From Syncephalis fuscata S228 (lineage: Eukaryota > Fungi > Zoopagomycota), in NCBI GenBank assembly GCA_025786725.1, contig JAHLTZ010000031.1, positions 249,222-313,221 of the forward strand: 64,000 nt of DNA, written 5' to 3'. Each line of letters begins with the position of its first letter. Position 1 is the stretch's first letter. The notes beneath the pieces are model-generated. The model saw only the letters and a list, made by a program, of their open reading frames with translations. It did no database searches and had not been told where the DNA came from. Positions 26,766 to 39,729 of this stretch are shown piece by piece. Both the position numbers and the translations under genes were made by a program.

Positions 26766-26837
26766 TCTCTGTTAGTATAGTGGCAAGTATACCCGCCTGT
26801 CACGCGGGAGACCGGGGTTCAATTCCCCGACAGAGAG
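26766..26837 (+). tRNA. tRNA-Asp(GTC)
   Basis: Acceptor stem TCTCTGT/ACAGAGA plus discriminator G; D arm TAGTATAGTGG; anticodon arm CCGC-CTGTCAC-GCGG (GTC at 26799-26801); T arm CGGGG-TTCAATT-CCCCG. Confidence 0.96.
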
Positions 26838-26840
26838 CTC

Positions 26841-26845
26841 TTTTT
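26841..26845 (+). terminator. Pol III oligo(dT) terminator after the 5S-tRNA pair
   Basis: First T5 run downstream of the 5S start, 3 nt after the tRNA. Confidence 0.7.
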
Positions 26846-26880
26846 GCGCCGTAGCGCTTTACTTTTTGCAAATCTAGATT

Positions 26881-29521
26881 ATGAAGGACGAATTAGCGCT
26901 GGATCGCGGTAGCGACAGCGATCTTTTATTTTTTAAAACGCAAAAACGGTCAGGGGAAGTTGAAGATGGTAGATCGCCAGATGATCAGCTTCAAAAAAGG
27001 CCACGTACTGCAGATCAGTCTGCATATATTCAGGTAGTTCAAAATTCGCTTGAAATTGTTTTAGGACAAGAAAGTTTTTTATTTGAGCAAGATGAGTTAA
27101 ATCTATTTAGCATATACCGTCAACTTGCGGGTAATTTATTGTGTATAAAGGAAAGGATTAAACTAATGTTTTAGCATAGTGTCAGCACAACTGCTGTTTG
27201 TTCGGCTATATGCGCGAAAGCATAAGTGGATACGCGTGAGCAGTATTGAATATGATGAGATCAACAATGTTGCCCAGGTGCTGGTTCAGCTAAAAGCTGC
27301 GCAGTTGATCGATCAGCATGATGCTGCAGAGAGAATACAAGAATTACTATATACGCTGACTAGTGAAGAGTTGCGTTGTCTAGGACGTGTACGATCCACT
27401 AGCCAGAGATTGTCAAAAAAAGATGAGCTGATTGAACATATTGTGGATCAAGCTCGAACGCAACGCAGGTTAATGTTCCAGCGGAATACGGATCAACAGC
27501 CGTCATGTCTAGCTATAGATAAAAATAGCGGTTTGAATACATTGCTAGCACAAGTATTGAAGATTACAGGTAAATAATTAAAATATATATTTAATTATAA
27601 TAACATCATATAGGTGGCGTAGTTCGTTTAAGTAATATGGCTTTGAATGCATTCAATCGATTGCATACAGTGCGATATCGCTGTGTGCAAATAGATAGTT
27701 CTACTATGTTGTCAGCAACGTTGCTTGCAGCGTTTGGTTTACGCCGTTATCCTGCATATACCGTAAAAAGGTCGTGCAAAGTCTTTCCAAATCGATCTGC
27801 TTTATTAGCATATGAAGCGGCTGTTGCAGTTGAACATAAACTACACGAATTAATAGCCGACAATAGCAGCGAAAGTATTGAACATGCCTGGCTTCTTTGT
27901 CAAGAAAACGAGGCTGTATGGGATCTGACGCTAGTTGAAGCAATGGAAAGCAATGCATACGATAAAAACAACTATTTTTTAGCTAGATTTACAGCAGGTG
28001 AGGTATATATGTAGCTAAAATCATTTGTATTTAACGGTAAATCAGGATGGGTATACACAAAGATTATGGAGCATGGCAGTGAGTTGCTGGGTCGTTTAAA
28101 ACGTTATCAAGACGAAGCAGTATTATTACAAAAACTGCTTAATCAGCACAGCTTTCGTTTAGGTACACGTGGTAGCTGGTATGAACGACTTGCACTGGTA
28201 CAAGAACGATATTTAAAAGATAAACGAGCTGCATTGGCCATTTGTATCAAAGGAATAGAAGACCCAAATGTTTGGATGGGTAAGACTAATGTACTTGCTT
28301 ATTATTTACTGATTTAAGTAATTATTTTAGCCAAATTACAAAGTTTACAGCAACGTATACTTCGACTGCAAAAAAGTATTAATTTGCCCATAGAAGAGCG
28401 CCGTTGTTTTGATCATATTCAAGTCAAACAAACACCTCAAATATTCATTGAAGGTGTCCGTGCTAATCAAAAAGGACCTGGAGCCAAAGCTAAATATGTT
28501 TTAACAGATGGAAGTGAGGGAACTGTTGAAGAGCTGGCACTTGAATATTATACAATGAATGGCTATCAAGGGTAAATAATTAACTATTACAACATATAAC
28601 AATAGTATTTATTAACTTAATACAGAGTTCATTCAGAAACAAGTATATTAACAACACTGGTAAGTAGTAGTAGTTATTTGTTTAAAAAATATATCTAATA
28701 AACATATAGTTTGCATTATTATTTTGGGACATATTGTTTAGTAAACATGAGGGTGCATTTGAAACACCTGAGCAATCAGCGCCTTTAGATCTAACTACTG
28801 ATGCATTTTATATAGGTAAATAGCCAATAAATAGCCAATTTATTTACTATTTACTAAGTATTATTTAAAGGACGCAGAGACAAGATTGAGAAGCGCCTAG
28901 AACAACTAGCAATGCCGAATATATCTACAAACGACTCAACATTTTATTTAAAGCAATTGGAAAAAATAGATGATGCCGAAAGAGCACAACTTACCGTTTG
29001 TCGAGGTGTTTCTTGGGAGTATTGTAAGGAAGATTTAATGGATATTGCCCAGGTAAGAACCATTTATGATTATTTATTTGATTATTTAGTAACACATCCA
29101 TATAGTGTTTAGGTGGGCGTGCATTATCAGCCATTTGCCGAGTATTGGCTCAAGAATATGGTAAACGTGCCTCTGGTGCACCTGATCTATGGTAAGTATT
29201 AATATAATATAAAATAATGCCATCTAACAATAACTATAGCTTATGGAAGAAAAATGAACGTATTTGCAAGTTTGTAGAAGGTTTGTAACAAATTTATTAC
29301 TAATTAATTACTAATTAATTAATTAATACAGTAAAAGGACCAGGTGATCGTTTGTCTGAAACTCAAAAGGTATGCTATATATTACAATTCAATATATACT
29401 CATACCATTGTTTTTATTGCTAATCTGATTAACATTTAACTGATGGTTATAGATTTGGTGTAATGTGTTCATACAACATAATATTGATATTGAAGTATGC
29501 CATGTTCGTTTAAGTAAATAA
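26881..29521 (+). CDS. FAN1: Fanconi-associated nuclease 1 (VRR-NUC)
   Basis: LFVRLYARK..WIR, RGSWYERLAL, VEELALEYY...GYQG.HSE, LF.LLFWDI, QSAPLDL, CRGVSW, GAPDL..W, FVEVKGPGDRLSETQK. Confidence 0.92.
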
Positions 29522-29762
29522 ATATTATTAAATAGTATTAGCCAGTTCATTGTTAATAGAGAAACACCATTATTATTCTAATATGCTGTAGTTGATCTAT
29601 TATATTTGCTAATTACTTTGAATATCAATACGCTGTTTATTACTAATATTACGATACATTTGTTAGTATATAAAATATAGCCAAATCCCAAGCAATAAAG
29701 TAAATAGTAATGATTTAATAGTATGGCATATTTATTTATTTATGTATATAGATACATTACTA

Positions 29763-30880
29763 TCATGGTCTACGTTCAGGCGTCCGCTGCTGTAACGCAA
29801 TGTGATCTATTTGTCGCAACTCTGCAGCACTAAAATCAAAGTCAACACAGTATATTGTGCCTATCGTTAGCCTACCCTGCTAGTAATGCTTTCAATCGTA
29901 GTAATGCCTCAACAGCCCGTGGTATTTGTTCAGAATCTGGCGAAACAGCCGTGGCTTCAACAATCCAATCGGTATCAACGGGTGATGCACTAGCGATTGA
30001 TTGTCGTACATTTAACTAAATACACGTCAGTTACTACCTTTAATCATACACACACCCACTACCTTGTAGCATTGATAGACGTGGACTTCAATCGTTCCGT
30101 CGAAAATAAATAGGTAGCCACGACGAGCATATTCCAATAGAAATCTATATAAATTATTCAATAAATGATGATTGAATACATTTTAAAACAGACCCATAGC
30201 CCAATGCTGTAGTAAATAGCAATGCATTGCCTTCAATATTAGTCTGTAAAAAAGGACGAACAGTTACTTGTCGGCCTGGACGTGTTTCTGGATGGCCATA
30301 TTGACCAAGTAGCCTTTGTTATTACAAAATTAAATATATCCACTATCGATGAGTATATGTATAGAAATAAACAGGTATACTTACCAATCGCGACAGTGTA
30401 GCACGTCAGTATGAAGTTCATCGTGTCGAATCCAATCGGTTGGTGATATATCACGTCGTAACCGTAGCTGAACCTCTTGGGCGGTCAGGGCAGTGGTAGT
30501 TTTACGGTTATCTAAGTCATAGATAATCTTTTGCATTAAGATCTAAGCGTGCATGCATGCAGTACTTACTTACCAGTAGGTACAAACGCTATAATATGGT
30601 CGGCAAACGGCTTTCCTGGGCCATGGCCGCATATTGCTTCAAGACGATCTAGTAAACGCGTACATACATTACCTGAAGTAACACTAGCATGAAGCGAAGC
30701 TTCATACTGACCGGCATTGCTAGCGTTACTAGCACCGCCACTAGCACCGCCACTCGCAACGCCAGCTGTAGTAGCTGTAGCAGCAGTCAATGATCCACTG
30801 GCCAGATTGGCTGGTGGCCCAACGCTAATACCAGCCGCTGAAGACGGCACTAGCATATTCGGTTGTAGTTGACCTGACAT
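29763..30880 (-). CDS. MED18: Mediator subunit Med18/Srb5-like
   Basis: YEASLHASV...LLDRLEAICG; later exons LGY.FLLEYARRGYLF, WIVEA, AELRQIDH. Confidence 0.7.
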
Positions 30881-31404
30881 ATTGTAAATGTAAATGTAAA
30901 CGTATAGAAATAGTATTATGCAATGGGTAAACTGTATACTAAAAGCCAAATAAAATAAAGCAATATAGCTATTGTTACAAAGGCGATATTACACATATAC
31001 ACACGTCTTTTGTGTTTATATTGTTTTGTTTTGGGAATCAAATAGATTTATTTGGTAATATTTACGCAATTGAACTACGCAGTCGTTCTATTAAACGTGG
31101 AGCTAAGTGATGAATAACATTAGCCATCGAATTACTCATTATTATAGTTTGTAAGCCTAACTAGTCACAGGCCTTTGAAGATATACGTCACCTCTATAGC
31201 TGTAATACATGGGTAATATGCACTTAATATAAATACACACATAAGTATATATCTCTTAATAAAGTATTGATCTTTATTCTGTTGCTATTTTATTGCTGTT
31301 TACTGTGAATTCTATTACAGTAGCACGTAGTGATAGCTAGCTAGTTGATTAAAGCAGTATTATTTGTTTATTACTCGTAAATAGCCAACGTTTAGTTTAC
31401 AATC

Positions 31405-32058
31405 ATGGATAGTAGCCACAACGATAAACAACCAACGTTTACTGAAGATATCGACTTGTTGGCTGGGTTTGCCGTCACTCCTCGGTTAGATTGTCCACAC
31501 GTACTTGGATTACAAACAACTTTACAGTCATCAATACCGCATTTTAACCGTAAGTTATACAGCCCTGCTTCTTTATAGTATTCATAAGCCATCAATGCTT
31601 TAGTTGATACACCTTGTCAAGAGTGTCAAGATAAAAGCGAGAATTGGCAATGCCTTACCTGTAATAAAGTATTCTGTAGTCGGTAGGCCATGATAAATAA
31701 ACAATATATATAGACTAGCCATTGATGTATACAAAATAGATATGTTCAAGGTCATATGGCTGAACACACAGCTGCTCAAGAGAAAGCACCAGAAGATGAA
31801 CATGCCATATGTATAAGCTATTCAGATCTATCTTTCTGGTGTTTCCGCTGCAATGACTATATAGAACACCCAGTATGTAAATTATTATATTCATAATCCT
31901 TTATTTATTTATTATATATTTATTAGATATTAGAACCTGTACGATCTGCCCTACACATGGCCAAATTCAACACAGTACCTGGAGAACAAGTAATAGTACT
32001 GAGCCATGATACAAGCAATAAAGATGAATCGTCAAGTGCCAATCGCCCCTGTAAATAG
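31405..32058 (+). CDS. Standalone ZnF-UBP/BUZ ubiquitin-binding protein (HDAC6-type)
   Basis: FAVTPRLDCPHV, PCQEC....ENWQCLTC.KVFCSRYVQGHM..H, H.ICISYSDLSFWCFRCNDYI, LHMAKF. Confidence 0.85.
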
Positions 32059-32124
32059 TAATGTATAAATTACAAGTTTATTCTGTAGTAGCATTGTTGT
32101 TGGCCATTATCATCATCGTCATCA

Positions 32125-32703
32125 TTATCCCGGTCCAACCTAGTTTAATAAAGTTAGACTATGATCGTTAAATAAAAATACAAATAAGTACCTTTGGAAT
32201 ATCGTAATGTTCACTTAAATTGCCCAAATACTCGTTGAATTCCTATTTATATTCCACATTATTAGTATACTGTTATTAGCATGGCTATTAAAATACGTAC
32301 AGCTACTTTTTCTTTATGTGATTTGGCAGCCGCCTTCTTAATTCTATCCTCCTCCTAATCATTATAATTAGTATTGCATTGTAATTTAGTTATTTATTTA
32401 TCTATTAGGCAATATTTATCTTATTACTTACCCGTTTACGCTGCACTTCCTCAAAGCGAATCTCAGCTTGTGTTTTGCCATCTGAATATTCTACTGCACC
32501 AGAAGATGAGTCGATTCCTGCATCTTTTAAAGCAGCTACCAGCTTTGCCTTCTCTTCTTTCTTCTTCTTTTTACTCTTTCTATTGATTCTATATTTAAAG
32601 GACTGATACTTGTAGATCTATCGACTTACTTTTTAATACCACCACCACCGCTGCCGCCTTTTATCTTCAACGATGATCGAATAGTTAGATCATAGTCCGA
32701 CAT
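32125..32703 (-). CDS. FAM32A (DUF1754) family protein
   Basis: MSDYD....SLKIKG, KTQAE.RFEE.Q.KR, KSHKEKV.EFNEYL.NLSEHYDIPKVGPG*. Confidence 0.9.
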
Positions 32704-33046
32704 GATGATTAACTAGGTAATCCACCAGAACTATGTTCAATAGCTGTAAGGGATAAGTAAAAGAGTCTAGAGTAAATTCAATCAAGGTTATGTGATATGA
32801 CAAATGTGTGTGTTTGTGTGTGTATCTATTTGTGTACCTGTCAGTGTATTGAAGTGAAAATGGAATGCACCCAGTTTGTAACAGCGGCTATTATCGGACC
32901 GATTAAACTGTTTTTTTATTTTTGATCGGCAATTACATATCCGTGTCTTCAGTTATCTTTAAGTAATTATTTTTATTTAAATATCAGGGGGAGAAGCTTA
33001 TATTTGTCATTATTGGCAGAACAGTACGCTTAGTATCAAATTATTT

Positions 33047-34786
33047 ATGTTTTCTTTAGTTATGGCATTTCTACAGACCACTTGGGATTGGTTGACATTT
33101 ACGTCGCGTGTACATTTAATACACCATCCTACAACCCTGCTATTAAAATATACTGACGAGGATAGTAATGAGTCAACTGCCACCGATACGACCAACGATA
33201 CGTTGAACAAAGGTGATACACTTAAAAACTACTTATCTCCTCGGTGTCCGTCGTTATTTGGTCCCAAGGCTTTTTATCGTTCGACGCCATGGCTAGCCAA
33301 TGGACATTTACAGACAGCATGGGCCGCATTTAACGACTTTAACGAGTGCCATAATATTGTTTATGACCGGTAATGAATAGTAGTTAAATAGATATTATAT
33401 ATATATATATATATATACTAATGTAACTATTGTAATAGTGAAATGCTTAATTTGCCCGATGGAGGTCAGATTGCTCTTGACTGGACACCAGCCCGTCCTA
33501 CACCAGAGACAGCATCTATGCCAACATTCATTGTGGTTACTGGATTAACTGGTGGCAGTCAAGAGGCTTATGTACGCAGTCTACTTGAACGATTGACCGT
33601 AGTCGATCCCAATCATCCAGATCGTCAGCCTATTTGCCGTGGTGTTGTTATGAACTTCCGTGGCTGTGGTAATACTAAATTAACTACACCACGACTTTAT
33701 TCTGGTGCATGGACCGATGATCTACGCTATTCTGTATCTTATATAAAAAAGAAGTGTCCAGATGCACCCCTTGGTGCGGCTGGCTTTTCACTAGGCTCGA
33801 ATGTGCTAGTTAAGGTGCGTTGTATTGATATTAACTATATATATACATATAGCTAGATATTAATCATAATATATAGTATTTGGGCGAAGAGGGCGACAAG
33901 TGCGACTTTAAGTTTGCCATGTCTATTTCGAATCCATTTGATCTATTTCTGTAAGTTATAAGTGCCAATAGAGGAGTAAGCTTTAACCAATGAATTAGTG
34001 GATCGATTGTCTTGGAGCGTACATTCCTAGGTCGCAACGTTTATTCTCCTCAGCTATGCCGTAATCTACAACAGTTATATATAAAACACTATGATCAATT
34101 GAAGGATGATCATCGTTTAGACGCTGAGAAGATATTAAATGTAAATATTGGTATTTATAGTATTAATAGTATCATTGCTAACTGTAGTATGGTTAGGCAA
34201 AGATGTTACGTGAATTTGATCGTCATACAACTCGAGCCTCTTTTGATTATGATACAGTTGATGATTATTATCGTGATGCATCTTCATCTCGTTGGATAAC
34301 CCGAGTACGTGTGCCATTACTATGTTTAAATGCCAGCGATGATCCAGTCACTTCAATAGAAAGTGCACCTTTAGATGAAGCCAAGTAAGTAGTGTGTGTC
34401 ATTTAGACGAGTGACATACTAATGATGTGTAGAATCAATCCATATGTTATTGTTGCTATGACATCTTGTGGTGGACATATTGGATGGTTTGAGAATATGT
34501 TTAATCCACGTCGATGGTGTGATAGACCATTGACCGAATTTGCCACTGCTATGTTTTCTGTAAGTAGTTTAAATGACGTATTTGTATGTACATTAGCTAA
34601 TCTGTAAATGAATTACAGCTTAATGCCACCTATGATACTACACAAGTTATTAAACCAGGTATACCACCACGTATGTTACCTGGTTCATTTTTAAATGCTG
34701 GTCCAGTTGGACTAACTGCCTCATCCACACTTATACCCACCTCTGATATTGTCAAAGATGATAGTAAATTAAGTGTTATGGCTTAG
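33047..34786 (+). CDS. Alpha/beta hydrolase, ABHD1-3/Eht1-Eeb1 family
   Basis: WLANGHLQT, DGGQIALDW, GLTGGSQEAYVR, MNFRGC, nucleophile GFSLG, NASDDP, GGHIGWF. Confidence 0.92.
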
Positions 34787-34985
34787 TAATATCAGTTATA
34801 GTAAATAAAAATAGTTTATTTCATACACTTAATAAATAGCGTCTATTGTTTATTAGTAAATATTAGTAACTAGATGATTGTATTGTGTTAAATGGATTGA
34901 CTTTAATATTTATTTAATGTGATGACAGTGCCAAAATGGATAATTCTATTTAAATACTTTTTTTTATTTTTACAATATTATAAGA

Positions 34986-37026
34986 ATGCCCAAGACTAAA
35001 AGTAAAAAGAGCAAGGCAAAGCGATTGACGCCTTCAAATACGCCAGAGTCTAAACAAGAGAATACACCTACTGTTACAACACCAGTAGAAGTAACACCAG
35101 TAAAAACACCCACCAGTACGGTAGTTGAATCTAGTAATGAAAACAAAAAACAAAACAAAAGCTCTAGTAAACGAAAGAGTAAAAAGAAGAATAAAGCTAT
35201 TAAAGGAGAACTAGTAACAACTACACCGGATAAACCATTAGAATCTACACCAGTTATTGAATTATTAACACCAAATCAACTTGACAATATTTATAATAAT
35301 AGGAATAATAATGGTAAGTAATCCTGTAACTAGTGTTAATAGATTGATATGTAATAGTCCTTACTAACTATAATATAGAAACTATTAATGGCAGTATAGA
35401 TAATGATAGAAATACAAATACAAATACAAATACAAATACAAATACCGACAAATCATTAAATGGTATTGATATGGCAAAATCCATGGCTGTATTTGCATCT
35501 AAAGCCAAGAAATTACAATCAATAGGAAGACAGGCTATATCAACACTATCTATAGGAATAAGCCATAATATCAATCTTGTTAATAGTAGTGGTAGTAGCA
35601 GTAGTAGTGAGGATGAAGAGGATGGATTACAAGATCTAATAGCTGATGATGATCGAATGGATCCATTAGATAAACAAGATATACTTGCCAAACATAAGAA
35701 GAAAAAGAAAGAGAAAACAGTATTAGTAAATGAAGTATCTAATGATATTGCTACTATTGATGGTACAAATCTATTAGTACAACAATTAATGGATAAAGTA
35801 AATCAACTAGAAAATCAACTAAGCAATGCATCTAAATTACACCAAAGACTAAATCAACGTAAGAGAATACCGTGTATACTATACATAGTGTTAATATATT
35901 AATATATATATTAATATGTATATATATATCTATTAGATTTGACATGTAGTATATGTGTTGAACCATTAAATATGCCACATGTCATTCAATGTGGTAAGTA
36001 GTTATATAATACATCTATTAATTGTTAAAGAGTGAGTAGGACATGTTTACTGTCTGGATTGTCTACGCCATTGGTTCTCTCAAAGTAAATCGTGTCCTAG
36101 TTGTAGAAGACAATTGACTCGACGACCAGTACCTGTATTGATCCTACGTAATCTAATCGATGAATTACCAAAATATATGATATCCAATGATCAACAACAA
36201 CATAATATATTACATTTATCAAATGAACGTCGAACTGCTTTGTTGGCCAGTCTATTAAAAAGTGATGATCCATGGAGTGATTGGTTTCCGGCAGAGACAT
36301 CACCTACAAGTGTCATTTTAGATGAAGAGGATGGTGTACAGTAAGTAGTTGTATTATAATCTATTAGTATATTAAGCAATACTCTATAGTCGGTGTCCTA
36401 CTTGTGCCTGGGAAGTTGTTGGTCGTAGTTGTGTTAATTGTGGTCTAGTATTTCCACATCTAGATGATGTAGAAGAAGAATTGCCATTATCAGCTATGGA
36501 AGATAGTGACCATGAAGGGATTGAAGAACAACATAGTGAAAATTCATTTATATGTAGTGATGGACATGTATCTTATGAATCTGATACAGGGGATGAAGTA
36601 GAAGAGGAAGTAGAAGAGGAAGAAAAATTTGAAGATTTTAGACAAAAAAGACTAATCAAAAAGCATACGATACCAGTAATTGAATCAAATGAAGAAGAAG
36701 AAGAAGAAGAAGAAGAAGAAAAAGAAAAAGAAGAAAAAGAGTTAAAACAAAGAAAGAAACGTAATATATCAATCATTGAATCAAGTGATAATACAGATAA
36801 TGATGATGATGATGATGATGATGAGGAATTACAAACACCTGTATTACGTAAAAGACATTTTAATAATAACCAGACTATTATTAAAGGACGAAGAAGACAA
36901 CAATTGTTAAGTGATACAGAAGATACACCAATGGAACAGTCAAGTGATGATACATCTGTTGTAATAGAGACTAGTAAGAAAGTAAAGAAGAGACGCACTC
37001 AACGGAAACACCGTAATAACAAATAA
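34986..37026 (+). CDS. RING E3 ubiquitin ligase, Psh1-like
   Basis: C3HC4 RING LTCSIC...P....CGH.YC..CL..W.....SCPSCR; second Zn motif DEEDGV.RCPTCAWEV....C.NCG; acidic/basic disordered tail. Confidence 0.75.
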
Positions 37027-37083
37027 ATTAATAAATTAATAAATTAATAAATTAATAAATTAATAAATTAATAAATTAATAAT
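37022..37083. repeat. (AATAAATT)n microsatellite
   Basis: About 7 perfect 8-mers directly after the RING gene stop. Confidence 0.9.
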
Positions 37084-37213
37084 AACATTCTGTATACAAT
37101 AAATAGTGTAATAGTCCATATATTATATTGAAGAACGGTGATGGTAGAGGGATAATAAAGCAGGTTATAGATATCATTTTGTCTTTTACTAGTTATTAGA
37201 TAGACGGGACAGA

Positions 37214-38010
37214 TTAGAACCAGTAATAGCGTAGATAGACAACAAGGATCATAGCCAGTATGACTACAGCAGGTAGACCGTATTTACGATAGAGCATCTC
37301 TAAATTGAGTCGTTTTGCATCTCGTCGATATTGTGCCGATTGATCACGTAACGTGCTTGACATTGTGCTCATACCTGAAAATAGATAGTTAATAGATTAA
37401 ATAAGTTAAATAGATTAAATAGATAGTTAATAGTTAATCTATGTTATACTTACGATCTAAACTATCACCACGCCATAGTAAATCTTCCATATTCTTTGTC
37501 ATAATTCGATGTACATCTTGTAAATCTTCATTTAATTTAGTCAAATTACTTTGAGCACGTGTATCTTGATAGAGACGCTTTGTTTTTTGCATAAATGTAT
37601 CTATATACATATATGTATATATATAAAGTGTTAATTAATATATAATTACTATATAGCTACTTACCAAACTTGATAAAAGCATAGGGACGCAGTCCTTGTT
37701 TCTGGGCTTCAGCGCCATAGCTTGCATCAAACTCTTTCGACAATTCATCCAAATAAGAGAAGGCTAGTTTACGTGGATAGGAGCGATCACACACACATAA
37801 GTAACAGATACCATTATTGATAAGATAGTGGAAGGTAAATGTGTTGGCCTCAACAGAACAACGTGGTTCTGAATTAGGCGTCAATTTACGAAAGAGAATC
37901 TTGGCCTGCGACTTGGCTTCTGTCAATTCTGATTCCGATTGTTCATCGTCAACTGATGCTGCCAATGGTAATGCATCAGCTACACGAGCAATAATAGTAG
38001 TGCGCACCAT
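37214..38010 (-). CDS. SEC22: R-SNARE Sec22
   Basis: Longin domain TIIARV.D.LPLAASVDD, SYPRKLAFSYL, RPYAFIKFD; SNARE motif MTKNMEDLLWRGDSLD; C-terminal TM. Confidence 0.95.
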
Positions 38011-38240
38011 AGTTATCAATAATGAGTAGATGAATTAGAACAGTGATGGTGTGTGTGTGTGTGTAGTGAAGAGAGAGAGAGAAGTAAAGAAGTAAAGAAA
38101 TAGAAAGGGAATAAAGAATACCATGAAAGGAAATACTGCCACGTCAGAGATTAATTTAGAATCATCATTATCATCATTTGATGGATCCATTTATAATAAT
38201 AATAATAATAATAAAGGTTATTTGGTTATTGTTATTCATC

Positions 38241-39720
38241 ATGTCGACTGCATCAGTTAAGTCGTCTACTTCTACTACTTCTACTACTACTTCTACTAGT
38301 CAAGGGTATATAAATAGGTTAGGTGATCACTTTACTTTCCGTAATACATTATGGGTAGCTATTATTCTACGCACTGTATTACTGATCTATGGCGAGTGGC
38401 AAGATGCCACTATGACCGTTAAATACACGGATATCGATTATCGTGTCTTTACCGATGCTGCTCGTTTCTGTGCAGAAGGTGGTTCGCCGTATGAACGGGC
38501 CACCTATCGCTATACACCACTACTTGCTCTACTACTTACACCTAATATATGGTTACATATGACATTTGGCAAAGTGTTATTTGTAGTGGGTGATTTGATG
38601 GCCGGATGGCTTATTCAACAACTATTGACCCTAAGAGGTGTGCCCTCCTCTATGGCGGTTAAATACAGTGCACTCTGGTTACTTAATCCATTTGTCGCTA
38701 CCATATCGACTAGGGGCAATGCCGAGTCACTTTTAGGGGCACTCGTACTATTGACCCTTTATTATTTAACTGTGAAGCGTATTGATGCAGCGGCTATTAT
38801 ATTTGGTATTGCTGTACAGTTGAAGTTCTATCCAATTATCTATGCCCTGCCATTTTGGTGTTTTATCGATAATGATTACACGGGTCGTTCATCAGGACCA
38901 GCGCGTTCTCAAACGATAAAACAGCGTTTACATCAATTTATACTCAGTGGACCACGACTACGATTTGGTTTGATAGCCGGTGGGGTATTCCTTGGTCTAT
39001 CTATGGCTATGTATGCCTTGTAAGTAATTATAGCCATACCGACTAGTTCTAATTATAGTATAGATATGGATGGGACTATCTAGAACATACCTATCTATAC
39101 CATGTTACACGTCGTGATCATCGACATAACTTTTCTGTATGGTTCTACAATATGTATCTTGGTTCTTATAGTGAAGAGGGTGCACCTAAATTACTGGCTT
39201 TCTTGCCTCAATTACTGCCGGTTATTTGTTTGGGTGCAGTCTATGCTAAAGATCCAGCATTTGCGCTATTTACTCAAACATTTGCATTTGTAGCCTTTAA
39301 TAAGGTGTGCACGTCACAGGTAATTGGAATAGCTAGTATAACTATAGATAATTAATATAGATGTAGTATTTTATGTGGTATCTATGTCTATTACCACTCG
39401 TACTGGCCAGTAGTCGTATGCAGTTTTGGTGGCGTGGTATTACACTTATTATCACTTGGGTCATTACACAGGTAGATATTAATTACGATGACCAGTATTG
39501 ATTACAATAATTAACCATATAATAGGGGTTATGGCTTAATTATGCCTATCAATTGGAATTTCTTGGACAGAATACATTCTATGCACTATGGCTAGCTGGA
39601 CTATCATTCTTTATGGCTAATGTGTGGATATTGGTTGAAATGATCCAATGGCATGACTATAGTGCGTGGTTCTACCAAGGACAGTTACGTCGTGTACAAT
39701 CCATAAAGTTAAAGAATTAA
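38241..39720 (+). CDS. GPI14: GPI mannosyltransferase 1 (PIG-M)
   Basis: VKYTDIDY.VFTDAA, SPYERATYRYTPLLA, ISTRGNAES, YH.TRRDHRHNFS, FVAFNKVCTSQYFMWY. Confidence 0.95.
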
Positions 39721-39729
39721 TGGCATTTA

